Source of the DNA: a virus | Taxonomy: Duplodnaviria > Caudoviricetes | Length of the DNA stretch: 37,362 bases | Virus record (IMG/VR): IMGVR_UViG_3300022670_000254 | Coordinates: 1 to 37,362 of that record | Strand: one strand, 5' to 3' | Position numbers and translations under genes: made by a program | Notes under the pieces: model-generated | Database searches by the model: none | What the model was told of the DNA's origin: nothing | Seen by the model: only the letters and a program-made list of their open reading frames with translations | Shown here: positions 1 to 7,418 of the stretch, piece by piece | Layout: each line of letters opens with the position of its first letter | Numbering within the stretch: the stretch's first letter is position 1

Positions 1-144
1 CCCTATATTCTTGGCAAACTGTGCATTTTTTGGTCATATCAAATCTCCCACATTTAAAATCTGTTTAATCTTATCCTTTGGGGCCTTACAATCAGGATTA
101 TAAAAACCATCAATCACCGGAACAGGACCACATTGTTCAACATC
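1..144. repeat. Terminal direct repeat, left copy (identical to 37219-37362)
   Basis: ccctatattc...ttgttcaacatc matches both ends; ORF 37016..37255 starts at the position equivalent to base 37, with an ATGA overlap on the stop of ORF 34..876. Confidence 0.97.
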
Positions 145-876
145 CCATATTCCAGTTTGTAGGTATTTTTCAAGAAATGGTGTCCAATTGCCAACACCAA
201 TTTTTGTTGATCCGTTTAATTTTGTTGACACATCACCGTTTTCCCAAAGTTCTTTATTTAGCCATTTTTTACAACCATCTTGATAACCATCGTTATATTC
301 ATAGTTATTTAATGCAGTAAGAATCCTATCAGGACCAACACCATTTTTTATTAATGATTTGTATTTATCAAAACACTGTTTTTTACTATCCCCTTTTCTC
401 TGAGGATATTTATTCCAAAATACTTCAAAATCTTTTTTTATATTTTTAATTGTAGATGTAGATGTAGATGCTTGTTCATAGCTTAAGCTTCGCTTGTTCA
501 TAGCTTGTTCATAGCTTGAACCTTTTTTCTTTTTTTTCAATGACTTAGCTTCTACCCCTTTTTTTCCTGCCTTAGAATGCTTTTTGAAACTATCGTTAGC
601 ATTTACATATTCTTGCATTAAACGTTTCTGTATATATTTACCTCGTTTAACAGTAAAAAATTCAGACAAAATATTATTTAATTTATCATTATAAACATCA
701 TTTTTAATTAATAATTTACGTTTGATTAATTCGAAATCATTTGGAAATGAACATGTTGGTGTGTCCCATAATAAGCAAAGCAATCTGACGTATAAACCAA
801 CATCCTCAGGATCAAGGTAATCAGTCGCGCTTTTAAAATCTGAAACGTAAAATGGGAAAAATGGTAGTTTTGACAT
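34..876 (-). CDS. Phage replication initiator, DUF1376/YdaU-like N-terminus
   Basis: N-terminal PFFPFYVSDF...GLYVRLLCLLW motif, internal iterons, FEVFWNKYP motif; adjacent to DnaB. Confidence 0.85.
   Translation of the reverse strand: MSKLPFFPFYVSDFKSATDYLDPEDVGLYVRLLCLLWDTPTCSFPNDFELIKRKLLIKNDVYNDKLNNILSEFFTVKRGKYIQKRLMQEYVNANDSFKKHSKAGKKGVEAKSLKKKKKGSSYEQAMNKRSLSYEQASTSTSTIKNIKKDFEVFWNKYPQRKGDSKKQCFDKYKSLIKNGVGPDRILTALNNYEYNDGYQDGCKKWLNKELWENGDVSTKLNGSTKIGVGNWTPFLEKYLQTGIWDVEQCGPVPVIDGFYNPDCKAPKDKIKQILNVGDLI
451..518. repeat. Putative replication origin iterons within the initiator gene
   Basis: GCTTGTTCATAGCTT at 470, 492 and 503, plus TGTAGA x3 at 451-468, flanked by A/T tracts; lambda O-like arrangement. 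Confidence 0.7.
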
Positions 877-907
877 ATCGTGACCCTATATTGTGTGACC
901 ATTAAAA

Positions 908-980
908 TAAAAGGGGGCGGCTCAGGTCACGTTGAACAACACTGGTAATTACTCCTGTGCTTTATGCGCCCCCCTTTGGT
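908..980 (-). ncRNA. Structured leader RNA (c4/CI-like multi-stem) upstream of the initiator
   Basis: Closing stem AAAGGGGG(G)CG/CGCCCCCTTT, inner stems AGCAC/GTGTT and TCA/TGA; loop CGTGACC is complementary to GGTCAC(G) copies just upstream of the ATG. Confidence 0.5.
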
Positions 981-1026
981 ATTCCTAAGAAGGATTGATG
1001 GATAATATTCCTATTCCAGATCATTG

Positions 1027-2457
1027 TCAATTGTCCGGTTTTTCATCTTTTGTTAATTCCCTGAAATAGTTTGTTGCTACATCACAATAGAAATAATCTG
1101 TGCCTGTTGACCCACCCCGTTGTTTGGATGTTATTAATTCAATTTTATTTCGTGACTTTTCAAGAGCGTCATGTTTTTGCATGTGACCGGAATCAACGTC
1201 CTTTTGTAAATAATACTCATCACGATAAACAAACAAAACAACATCTGCATCCTGTTCAATAGATCCGCTATCACGTAAATCACTAAGCATGGGCCGTTTA
1301 TTCTCCCTTTGCTCTAAGTTCCTTGATAATTGGCTTAGACACACAATAGGGATTTTTAATTCCTTAGATAAATTCTTTAATCCCATGGATATTTCAGCAA
1401 TTTCATTTGTTTTATTGCCACGATAACGGCTATCTGGTTGCATGATTTGAAGGTAATCAATGAAAATAACATCAAGGGTTTTTCCCTGCTTTTCCATATT
1501 CCTTTTATGCCTCATCGACCATAGGCGTATTTGTGACAATCTCAGGCCGGCTTTATCAATGGTATGAAAATTTAGACCACTTTGCATAGCAGCGACATCA
1601 ACCAACACTTGACGCTGATCATCACCAAGTTTGCCTTTTTCAGCTTGTGAATAGTGAATTTCGTTTTTTGTTGCAGCGGCCATGCAGGTCAACATCCTTG
1701 TTCCCAATTCCTGCTTAGGCATTTCTAATGAAAAGAATAAAACCCCTTTACCCTGTTCAGCAGCCCTTAAACCCATATAAACAGCAATGGCCGTTTTACC
1801 CATTCCTGGGCGGCCAGCTAAGATATAAAGCCTTGAAGGTCTAAAGCCCCCAATGCGTTCATTAAGCCAATGTAGTCCCGTTGTTACCCCGACAAGACCC
1901 GGCGAATTATGGGCATCGTCAATTGTTTGCAAGGTTTCATCAAACATGGCGCCAACATCAACGGGTTTATTATCCTGTTTTTCACTATTGGGCCTTATTT
2001 GATGAAGTTGTTCCTCCATGTCATTGATAAATTCTGATGGGTCCATTTCATCGTTATGGAAAGCCTCTGATGCTGAATAGTTTGAAAAATCCATAATCAT
2101 ACGGCGGGTATAATGATCAACAATGTGTTTAGCATAATCAGGGGCATTGTTTATTGTTGTTGCTGAGGCTGCCAACCTTGCGAGATATGCAGCACCGCCC
2201 ACATCCTCAAGCCCAGGATCATCATGAAATTGATTTTTCAGAGTCATAGGTGTTACAACCTGATTTTTTAAAATGCCACTTTCAATGGCCTCATAAATAC
2301 GACCGTGGGCAGGATTATAAAAACATTCTGATTTAATAATTTCATTTACCCTATAAAATGCTTCATTATAAGAAAGCAGGGCCCCAAGTAACGCTTGTTC
2401 AATTTCTAAATTGTGTGGCGGTTCCTCATTTTCTAACCGCTCTTTTCCCTCAGTCAT
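1027..2457 (-). CDS. dnaB: Replicative DNA helicase
   Basis: PPHNLEIEQALLG N-terminus, Walker A GRPGMGKT, FFSLEM, IDYLQ, LSQLSR, SDLRDSGSIEQDAD. Confidence 0.97.
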   Translation of the reverse strand: MTEGKERLENEEPPHNLEIEQALLGALLSYNEAFYRVNEIIKSECFYNPAHGRIYEAIESGILKNQVVTPMTLKNQFHDDPGLEDVGGAAYLARLAASATTINNAPDYAKHIVDHYTRRMIMDFSNYSASEAFHNDEMDPSEFINDMEEQLHQIRPNSEKQDNKPVDVGAMFDETLQTIDDAHNSPGLVGVTTGLHWLNERIGGFRPSRLYILAGRPGMGKTAIAVYMGLRAAEQGKGVLFFSLEMPKQELGTRMLTCMAAATKNEIHYSQAEKGKLGDDQRQVLVDVAAMQSGLNFHTIDKAGLRLSQIRLWSMRHKRNMEKQGKTLDVIFIDYLQIMQPDSRYRGNKTNEIAEISMGLKNLSKELKIPIVCLSQLSRNLEQRENKRPMLSDLRDSGSIEQDADVVLFVYRDEYYLQKDVDSGHMQKHDALEKSRNKIELITSKQRGGSTGTDYFYCDVATNYFRELTKDEKPDN

Positions 2458-2467
2458 AAACTATTCC

Positions 2468-3007
2468 TTATACAAATTTTAATCGGCCAGGTTCAGGCCA
2501 ATTCTTTTTAAGTGATTTCAATGTTGCGATATAATCCATGATTCCAAATGCTTCAGCCTCATCATGGCATTGAGGGTCAAATCCAGCGGCCCTGCATTTA
2601 GTAAGGGCGTGTTGTTTTGCTTGATCCGTTGAATAACCCCCAGAGCCCAAGAAATGCTTCCTCCATTCACCAATTTGAACTTCAGCACATGGAATCATCA
2701 AATCAGAACAAACCTTTTCAATCGTTCCGACCAGGTTGTAAAGCTTCATAGCTGTTTGCATTCCAGTTGCCTTTTTGCCCATACGAATTAAAATTGGGGC
2801 CTCAAAACAAATATAATCAACTTGGTTTTCTTCAATGTTTTTTCGTAGGTTCTTTTCAAATACACTTATGAATTTTCCAAGGTTATCGCTAACAAATCCA
2901 AGATCCAAACTACTCAAAATGGGCTTAGTGCCGGGCTTCCAATTACAGAAACCCGACAACGTGGCTTGATCCAATGTCAATAAAGACTTAGGCATCTTTT
3001 TTATCAT
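2468..3007 (-). CDS. RuvC-like Holliday junction resolvase
   Basis: LTLD..T..G, ICFEAP, WRKHFLG and DEAEAFGI acidic motifs in RuvC order. Confidence 0.7.
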   Translation of the reverse strand: MIKKMPKSLLTLDQATLSGFCNWKPGTKPILSSLDLGFVSDNLGKFISVFEKNLRKNIEENQVDYICFEAPILIRMGKKATGMQTAMKLYNLVGTIEKVCSDLMIPCAEVQIGEWRKHFLGSGGYSTDQAKQHALTKCRAAGFDPQCHDEAEAFGIMDYIATLKSLKKNWPEPGRLKFV

Positions 3008-3329
3008 CCAATACTTTAAACATGTTCATTTGCTCACCATTATTCAGTGAATTATAAACAAGCTGGTATTTTTCAAGTCGGTCTTTTTGTTCTTCCTCAT
3101 TACCCATCAGGGCAACCTTACGAGCAGAATTAAAAATTGCTTGGGTGATTCCAGTATCAGTTTTGAATTCACGTTTAAGCCCCTTGATTTCTTCATTGGC
3201 TTCTTTAATGGCTTTTTCGTGTGGTCTAAGCGCCTTATCAAGCTCCTTGACCTTATCCATTACAAATGCTGGATCATTATGACTATTATGACCTTTTCCA
3301 GCCGCTTCATCTTTCGCACTACCTGCCAT
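2988..3329 (-). CDS. GapR/DUF2312-like DNA-binding coiled-coil protein
   Basis: GHNS motif, helical charged core, about 110 aa, located in the replication module. Confidence 0.45.
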   Translation of the reverse strand: MAGSAKDEAAGKGHNSHNDPAFVMDKVKELDKALRPHEKAIKEANEEIKGLKREFKTDTGITQAIFNSARKVALMGNEEEQKDRLEKYQLVYNSLNNGEQMNMFKVLDDKKDA

Positions 3330-3422
3330 TTTATGGCTCCTTCTTCTGTTAAATTGTGGCGAGGGTGGCTTTTGTATTCAATGACAGACCACCCCCACCG
3401 GCTCCCTTGCGAATTGCAAGAT

Positions 3423-3695
3423 TTATGAATTAATAGAATATCCTCGTCGCGGATAATTAATAATAATATTTCGCCCAAATTTCTTTCGTAATCCAATAAT
3501 AAATATAGGCACACAATTAAATGAGTGGTCCGGTTCCTTGTCTGGATCTGGATATAAAAATATAATAATATCATCTAGTGGAACCATTCGGTCAGCGTGA
3601 ACGTGAAGGAGGAATAAAATATCCGCCTCGTTAGTGGTCAAGTGCTTCCCCCTCCACTCCTTTGATATATAGTTATGCCATCTGAAAGGGCTCAT
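3423..3695 (-). CDS. Stand-alone OmpR/CtrA-type winged-helix DNA-binding protein
   Basis: HLT..E..IL.LL...LY....EP....V.IFI..LRKK......RGY pattern of Trans_reg_C; no receiver domain. Confidence 0.75.
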   Translation of the reverse strand: MSPFRWHNYISKEWRGKHLTTNEADILFLLHVHADRMVPLDDIIIFLYPDPDKEPDHSFNCVPIFIIGLRKKFGRNIIINYPRRGYSINS

Positions 3696-3844
3696 TTTTT
3701 AAAACCTTTCTTAAATGGTAAACCTGTAATTAATGTTATCTTTTTATGCATGGGGGTTATCCATCTAATAGACACCCGCTTACCTTCTCTCATCCATTCA
3801 AACTTGTGTCCGAATAAATCTTTGGCTTTAATCCATAGGCTCAT
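3692..3844 (-). CDS. Small basic hypothetical protein (50 aa, MSLWIKAKD...; not in ORF track)
   Basis: GGAG RBS, ATGAGC start, ATGA overlap with the next gene. Confidence 0.75.
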   Translation of the reverse strand: MSLWIKAKDLFGHKFEWMREGKRVSIRWITPMHKKITLITGLPFKKGFKK

Positions 3845-3845
3845 C

Positions 3846-4031
3846 TTAATTCTCCAGGGTTTTGAAATTTGGCATTAAAACAAATTCGTCATTATCCTTG
3901 ACACACTCGGTAGGTTCATCAGTTTCATAGAACACGCATTTACCACAGGTTCCACAATGCCAACTGTCGTGACTGCCCTCTGAACGACCATCATTAATCC
4001 ATTTGCATTTCTTGCTCGTTTGTTTTGTCAT
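3846..4031 (-). CDS. Small Cys-rich (zinc-ribbon-like) protein
   Basis: C..WHCGTCGKC; GAGGAG RBS; ATGA overlap. Confidence 0.7.
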   Translation of the reverse strand: MTKQTSKKCKWINDGRSEGSHDSWHCGTCGKCVFYETDEPTECVKDNDEFVLMPNFKTLEN

Positions 4032-4273
4032 TTCAAATTCTCCTCAATCATTTTAGAAATAATTTCAACTGTGAGTAATTGGTCAAAGTCCTCCCAAATA
4101 AAATGTAATCCATGAGTTTCATTAATCCTTAAAACTATTTGGGCTAAATCAATATTGTCCATGCCGTAATCTTCAACTAAATCTTTGCTGGTTGAGAAAT
4201 TACTTGTTGCCTTGTAATAGTCGTGAAAAGCATCAATTACAGTCTGTTGAACGCTCGTTTGTTTATTTGTCAC
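4028..4273 (-). CDS. Acyl carrier protein-like protein with Ser-to-Asn change (probable GTG start at 4273)
   Basis: LVEDYGMDNIDLAQIV...EDFDQLLTV aligns by eye with ACP FVEDLGADSLDTVELV...EEAEKITTV; AAGGAG before GTG. Confidence 0.75.
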   Translation of the reverse strand: MTNKQTSVQQTVIDAFHDYYKATSNFSTSKDLVEDYGMDNIDLAQIVLRINETHGLHFIWEDFDQLLTVEIISKMIEENLK

Positions 4274-4526
4274 TTTTCGCTCCTTCACATCTATTTTCAC
4301 GTTCTTGAATGTATCTTAGTGCGGTTTGATGTCTGGTTTCGCCCTTATGAACACTAGACACAGCCCAAAGCAAATTATAATAAAGCTTGTGAAGATTTTC
4401 CAATTCGTGCGCCGCTTCTCTAATTTCATCAGTATGAAGAAGTTCGGCCTCGTCAGCTTCATCAGCAATGCGCCTTAATTTGTCTGGCGTTGTGATATAT
4501 TCTTTTAATTCCAGTTCGATGCTCAT
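4263..4526 (-). CDS. Hypothetical protein
   Basis: GAGGTG RBS, TAATG overlap, ATGAGC start. Confidence 0.75.
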   Translation of the reverse strand: MSIELELKEYITTPDKLRRIADEADEAELLHTDEIREAAHELENLHKLYYNLLWAVSSVHKGETRHQTALRYIQERENRCEGAKSDK

Positions 4527-4681
4527 TAGAAATCACCTCTTAATTGTGAAAGTTCTTTTTCAAGTTTCTCTTTTCGTGACGTAAAACTCATTTTCCCAAG
4601 CCTATCGGTTTCATCCATTTCCCGAAGAATTTTATTCACTTCTTCTAAATCAGCTTCCAAGTGTTTTTCCCAATCGCTCAT
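4526..4681 (-). CDS. Small coiled-coil hypothetical protein (51 aa, MSDWEKHLE...; not in ORF track)
   Basis: AAGGA RBS, AAACAAATGAGC start, fills the gap exactly with a TAATG overlap. Confidence 0.8.
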   Translation of the reverse strand: MSDWEKHLEADLEEVNKILREMDETDRLGKMSFTSRKEKLEKELSQLRGDF

Positions 4682-4685
4682 TTGT

Positions 4686-4850
4686 TTATTTCCTTTCAAT
4701 GTCTAAAAGAATACTTAAAGCCATAATTGTTTTTATTGCTTGAAGGCGTTTTTCATCTTCATTCAATGAGTAATTATCTAAATGTCTCCACTCATTCAAC
4801 AATACATTAATCATTGGTTCTGTTATTTCTGTTGGGTTATGAACGCTCAT
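4686..4850 (-). CDS. Hypothetical protein (probable start MSVHN)
   Basis: GAGGA RBS before ATGAGC at 4850. Confidence 0.7.
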   Translation of the reverse strand: MSVHNPTEITEPMINVLLNEWRHLDNYSLNEDEKRLQAIKTIMALSILLDIERK

Positions 4851-4851
4851 C

Positions 4852-5043
4852 TTAGTTGTCCTCTTCAATTGAAAATTCGCTACATATGTAGTTTTTATAT
4901 TCGCCTACAATTGGGTAAGATTGTGTTTGATTTTCATCTTCATCATGCCCTGTAATCTGAGGAGGAAAACGACGGCAGTCACCATCCCTGTTTCCAAAGT
5001 TTTCATGGAAGTGCTTACATTCTGTACAGTTATTATCGCTCAT
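4852..5043 (-). CDS. Small Cys-rich protein (CxxC...CRRFPP...C)
   Basis: Four-Cys pattern; ATGA overlap. Confidence 0.75.
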   Translation of the reverse strand: MSDNNCTECKHFHENFGNRDGDCRRFPPQITGHDEDENQTQSYPIVGEYKNYICSEFSIEEDN

Positions 5044-5192
5044 TTGTTTAGCCTTTCCTTCTGAAACTTAATTAGGTTTTCAACTGTCTCATCATTAATA
5101 GGGATGCGACCATAAAAGTCTCCATCAAGTACTTCTTTTAGGTCTTCCAGAACATCTAAGATTAATTCGTCTGGTGTCTGTTCATCGCTCAT
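5040..5192 (-). CDS. Hypothetical acidic protein (probable start MSDEQ)
   Basis: AAGGA RBS before ATGAGC at 5192. Confidence 0.7.
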   Translation of the reverse strand: MSDEQTPDELILDVLEDLKEVLDGDFYGRIPINDETVENLIKFQKERLNK

Positions 5193-5196
5193 TAGT

Positions 5197-5382
5197 TTAT
5201 TCCTTCCCTGCAAGTAGATCACTCAATTCTTCAAGAGCAATAGCCGCATCACGCAAGCTGTCACAATCTGTTTTTGAGACGCGAAAATCCTTATAATCAA
5301 GAGCAACCACAGTGAACAAAGCACCGCCAAGTTTACCCTTCAAATCTTCAAGCTTCGCTTTTACCTTTTCTCTATGGCTCAT
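5197..5382 (-). CDS. Hypothetical protein
   Basis: AAGGA RBS, ATGA overlap, ATGAGC start. Confidence 0.75.
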   Translation of the reverse strand: MSHREKVKAKLEDLKGKLGGALFTVVALDYKDFRVSKTDCDSLRDAAIALEELSDLLAGKE

Positions 5383-5570
5383 AAGTCTTTTCCTTTACTA
5401 TCCACCAAATCACCATCTGGATTAATAAAAAATGTTTCGTCACAATGAGTACAAGGATATTTACAGGTATCATTTTTAACAGATTTTGGCTTAACCAAAT
5501 CTCCGCAAAACGGACATTCTAAACTGTCATAATTTTTCATGTTGGGGCTCGTTTGTTTTGGGGTATTCAT
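5379..5570 (-). CDS. Zinc-ribbon protein
   Basis: CPFC...CTHC. Confidence 0.75.
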   Translation of the reverse strand: MNTPKQTSPNMKNYDSLECPFCGDLVKPKSVKNDTCKYPCTHCDETFFINPDGDLVDSKGKDL

Positions 5571-5848
5571 TCTGAAAATTCCCTCACAACGTCGCCATCC
5601 TTAGAAATATATTTAACAATATAAGTTGGATGAACATTAAAAATACCCTTTATCCCCCGGACTTTAACAAGAAGATTTGCACTAGAATTAAGTCCTGTAA
5701 TACGCCCTATTTTCTTAAACTTACCAAAAATTACAGTTTGACCTATAAAGGCAAAATCTATTCCCCTTGTTCGCTTTATATCTTTAAGGAATAATTCTTG
5801 ATTAGCCTTTGAGTTCCATGTACCGCTCGTTTGTTTTGAGTTAGTCAT
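5567..5848 (-). CDS. Hypothetical basic protein (probable start MTNSKQTS)
   Basis: GAAGGT RBS before ATG at 5848; overlaps the end of the YopX gene. Confidence 0.7.
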   Translation of the reverse strand: MTNSKQTSGTWNSKANQELFLKDIKRTRGIDFAFIGQTVIFGKFKKIGRITGLNSSANLLVKVRGIKGIFNVHPTYIVKYISKDGDVVREFSE

Positions 5849-6305
5849 TTGAAATACCTTCCAACATTTCAGGATTTTTGTACTTGTTGCCAATGACCTG
5901 AAAATGTCTTGAATTTTTATCACATAGGGTGCAACCACTTCCTTTCCATGAAAGCCCGCAGTCAATCCATTCTACCAATCTTTGATACTCAATTCTTTCA
6001 GGACCATTATATTGACCCAATGAATCATGACCGCCTTCTGTGTCGCCCACATAAACATTAACAATGTCACCTTCGAAAATCCTACTAGCGTCTTTGTCCT
6101 TCAAGCCAGTATCTTCAAGCAAAATAACTTCCCCATTACTTAATAATCCGAAAGGCGGCAATTCAGCGGTAAAAAAATCATTCCCATACTTTGATGTATC
6201 ATAATGAACTTCTTCCGCTGCATAATTATCAAATATTATTTTTGCCACTCTAAAAATTTCTTCATGACGCTTATCCCAAGCTTTATATCTTACATTTCTG
6301 TTCAT
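5841..6305 (-). CDS. YopX-family phage protein
   Basis: RYKAWDK N-terminus, TGLKDK...IFEGDIV, VIGNKYKNPEMLE C-terminus. Confidence 0.9.
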   Translation of the reverse strand: MNRNVRYKAWDKRHEEIFRVAKIIFDNYAAEEVHYDTSKYGNDFFTAELPPFGLLSNGEVILLEDTGLKDKDASRIFEGDIVNVYVGDTEGGHDSLGQYNGPERIEYQRLVEWIDCGLSWKGSGCTLCDKNSRHFQVIGNKYKNPEMLEGISND

Positions 6306-6308
6306 TTT

Positions 6309-6452
6309 TTATTCCACTTCCATTTCAACAGAGTATAGGGGCTCATCAGCATACTTGGATTGAAGGTCGATATAATCTTCTTCCGTAGCATCCCAATTCT
6401 TTTCGACTATATCGCCGTTTTGAAGGTTCCAAACTGTAAGCACGACGCTCAT
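6309..6452 (-). CDS. Small acidic hypothetical protein (47 aa, MSVVLTVWN...; not in ORF track)
   Basis: AAGGA RBS, ATGA overlap, ATGAGC start. Confidence 0.75.
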   Translation of the reverse strand: MSVVLTVWNLQNGDIVEKNWDATEEDYIDLQSKYADEPLYSVEMEVE

Positions 6453-6598
6453 CTTAAATTTATTCCTTTCTGAAATTCAGTCTCAAAATTCACCCACTTA
6501 ATGTATAAATGATTACATCTGCCACAAGTAACCATTGAGGGTTCTTGGTGCCACTCATGGGCGCAGTTTAGACATCTATAGTGGGCTTTGGGGCTCAT
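6449..6598 (-). CDS. Zinc-ribbon protein (49 aa, MSPKAHYRCLNC...CGRC; not in ORF track)
   Basis: Two CxxC motifs, AAGGA RBS, TAATG overlap. Confidence 0.8.
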   Translation of the reverse strand: MSPKAHYRCLNCAHEWHQEPSMVTCGRCNHLYIKWVNFETEFQKGINLR

Positions 6599-6804
6599 TA
6601 GAAAAGTCCTTTCATTTTCTTTTTATCCCAAAGCCAATCACCTCTTTCGTCCAACTGGTCACTTAGCTTTCTGATGTGTATTGATATTTTAATACCGTTA
6701 ATTGTTTTGGGAGTTATCTTGTCAACCAGGACCAATAGAACGAGAGCAACCATCTCTCTAAATATCTGGAAACGTTTTTTCTTATAGATCAATGAGCCAA
6801 TCAT
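6598..6804 (-). CDS. Hypothetical protein coupled to the recombinase
   Basis: ATGA overlap with the recombinase stop codon. Confidence 0.65.
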   Translation of the reverse strand: MIGSLIYKKKRFQIFREMVALVLLVLVDKITPKTINGIKISIHIRKLSDQLDERGDWLWDKKKMKGLF

Positions 6805-7418
6805 TTGCTTTTCCTATTCTTCTCAAATGGGAAACGGGTGTGGAAAGGTATTCCCGCCTTAATGTCATCTTTGTTTCTGTAAACCGTGGCCTTATGCAAC
6901 CCGCTTTTGTCTGCAATCTGCTTAATGGTCAAACTATTATCATCATCGAAAGCAGCAACGGCGGCGGTCCATTCTTCCTCAGTGAAGGTAAGCGACCTGG
7001 TGGTATAGTCTTCTCTATCCTTGGAAGCCTCTATACCAGCAGCAGTTCTTTCTGATGTATGACTAAGTTCTAATTCAGCCATAGCAGCCATTATATGAAA
7101 GATCATCATGCCCATTGACGTGTTAGTATCAAAACCTTCTGTAAGGCTTTTAAAATGGACACCACGCGCTTTTAAATCATTCACTGTATGAATAAGTTGC
7201 ATGACGGAACGACCTAAACGGTCAAGCTTCCACACAACCAATGTGTCACCAGCACGACAACGTTTTAAAGCTAAATCAAATTGCGGCCGCTTCTTTGCTA
7301 AGGCTGAAACTTGTTCTTTAAATACAAAGTTATCTTCAATGCCAGCAGCCCTCAAAGCATTGAGTTGAAGGTCTAGCCGTTGGTCTTCTCTTGATGTTCT
7401 TGCGTAGCCAATATCCAC
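6801..7418 (-). CDS. Small serine recombinase (resolvase/invertase, Hin/Gin/Pin-like)
   Basis: GYARTS catalytic motif, GDTLVVWKLDRLGRS, C-terminal HTH IKQIADKSGLHKATVYR. Confidence 0.96.
   Translation of the reverse strand: MDIGYARTSREDQRLDLQLNALRAAGIEDNFVFKEQVSALAKKRPQFDLALKRCRAGDTLVVWKLDRLGRSVMQLIHTVNDLKARGVHFKSLTEGFDTNTSMGMMIFHIMAAMAELELSHTSERTAAGIEASKDREDYTTRSLTFTEEEWTAAVAAFDDDNSLTIKQIADKSGLHKATVYRNKDDIKAGIPFHTRFPFEKNRKSK

Larger units (their letters stand above)
3690..6598 (-). repeat. Array of 15 direct-orientation AYGAGC motifs (AAACAAAYGAGC) at gene starts
   Basis: Plus-strand GCTCRT at 3690, 3839, 4014, 4253, 4521, 4676, 4845, 5038, 5187, 5377, 5547, 5825, 6341, 6447, 6593. Confidence 0.9.

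Noticed and set aside
3362-3420. Hairpins between the wHTH and GapR-like genes (GGGTGG/CCACCC; CTTGC-GAATT-GCAAG)
   Set aside because: They may mark the distal end of the array, but there is no U tail or other support for a specific function
3690-6598. Motif array as a CRISPR array or classical integron attC array
   Set aside because: Repeats are only 6-12 bp, the spacers are whole ORFs, and I see no cas gene, tyrosine integrase or RYYYAAC/GTTRRRY hairpins
6874-6889. gix-like half-site TTTCTGTAAACCGTGG inside the recombinase gene
   Set aside because: Explained by coding of the HTH residues ATVYRN; no second half-site or partner seen
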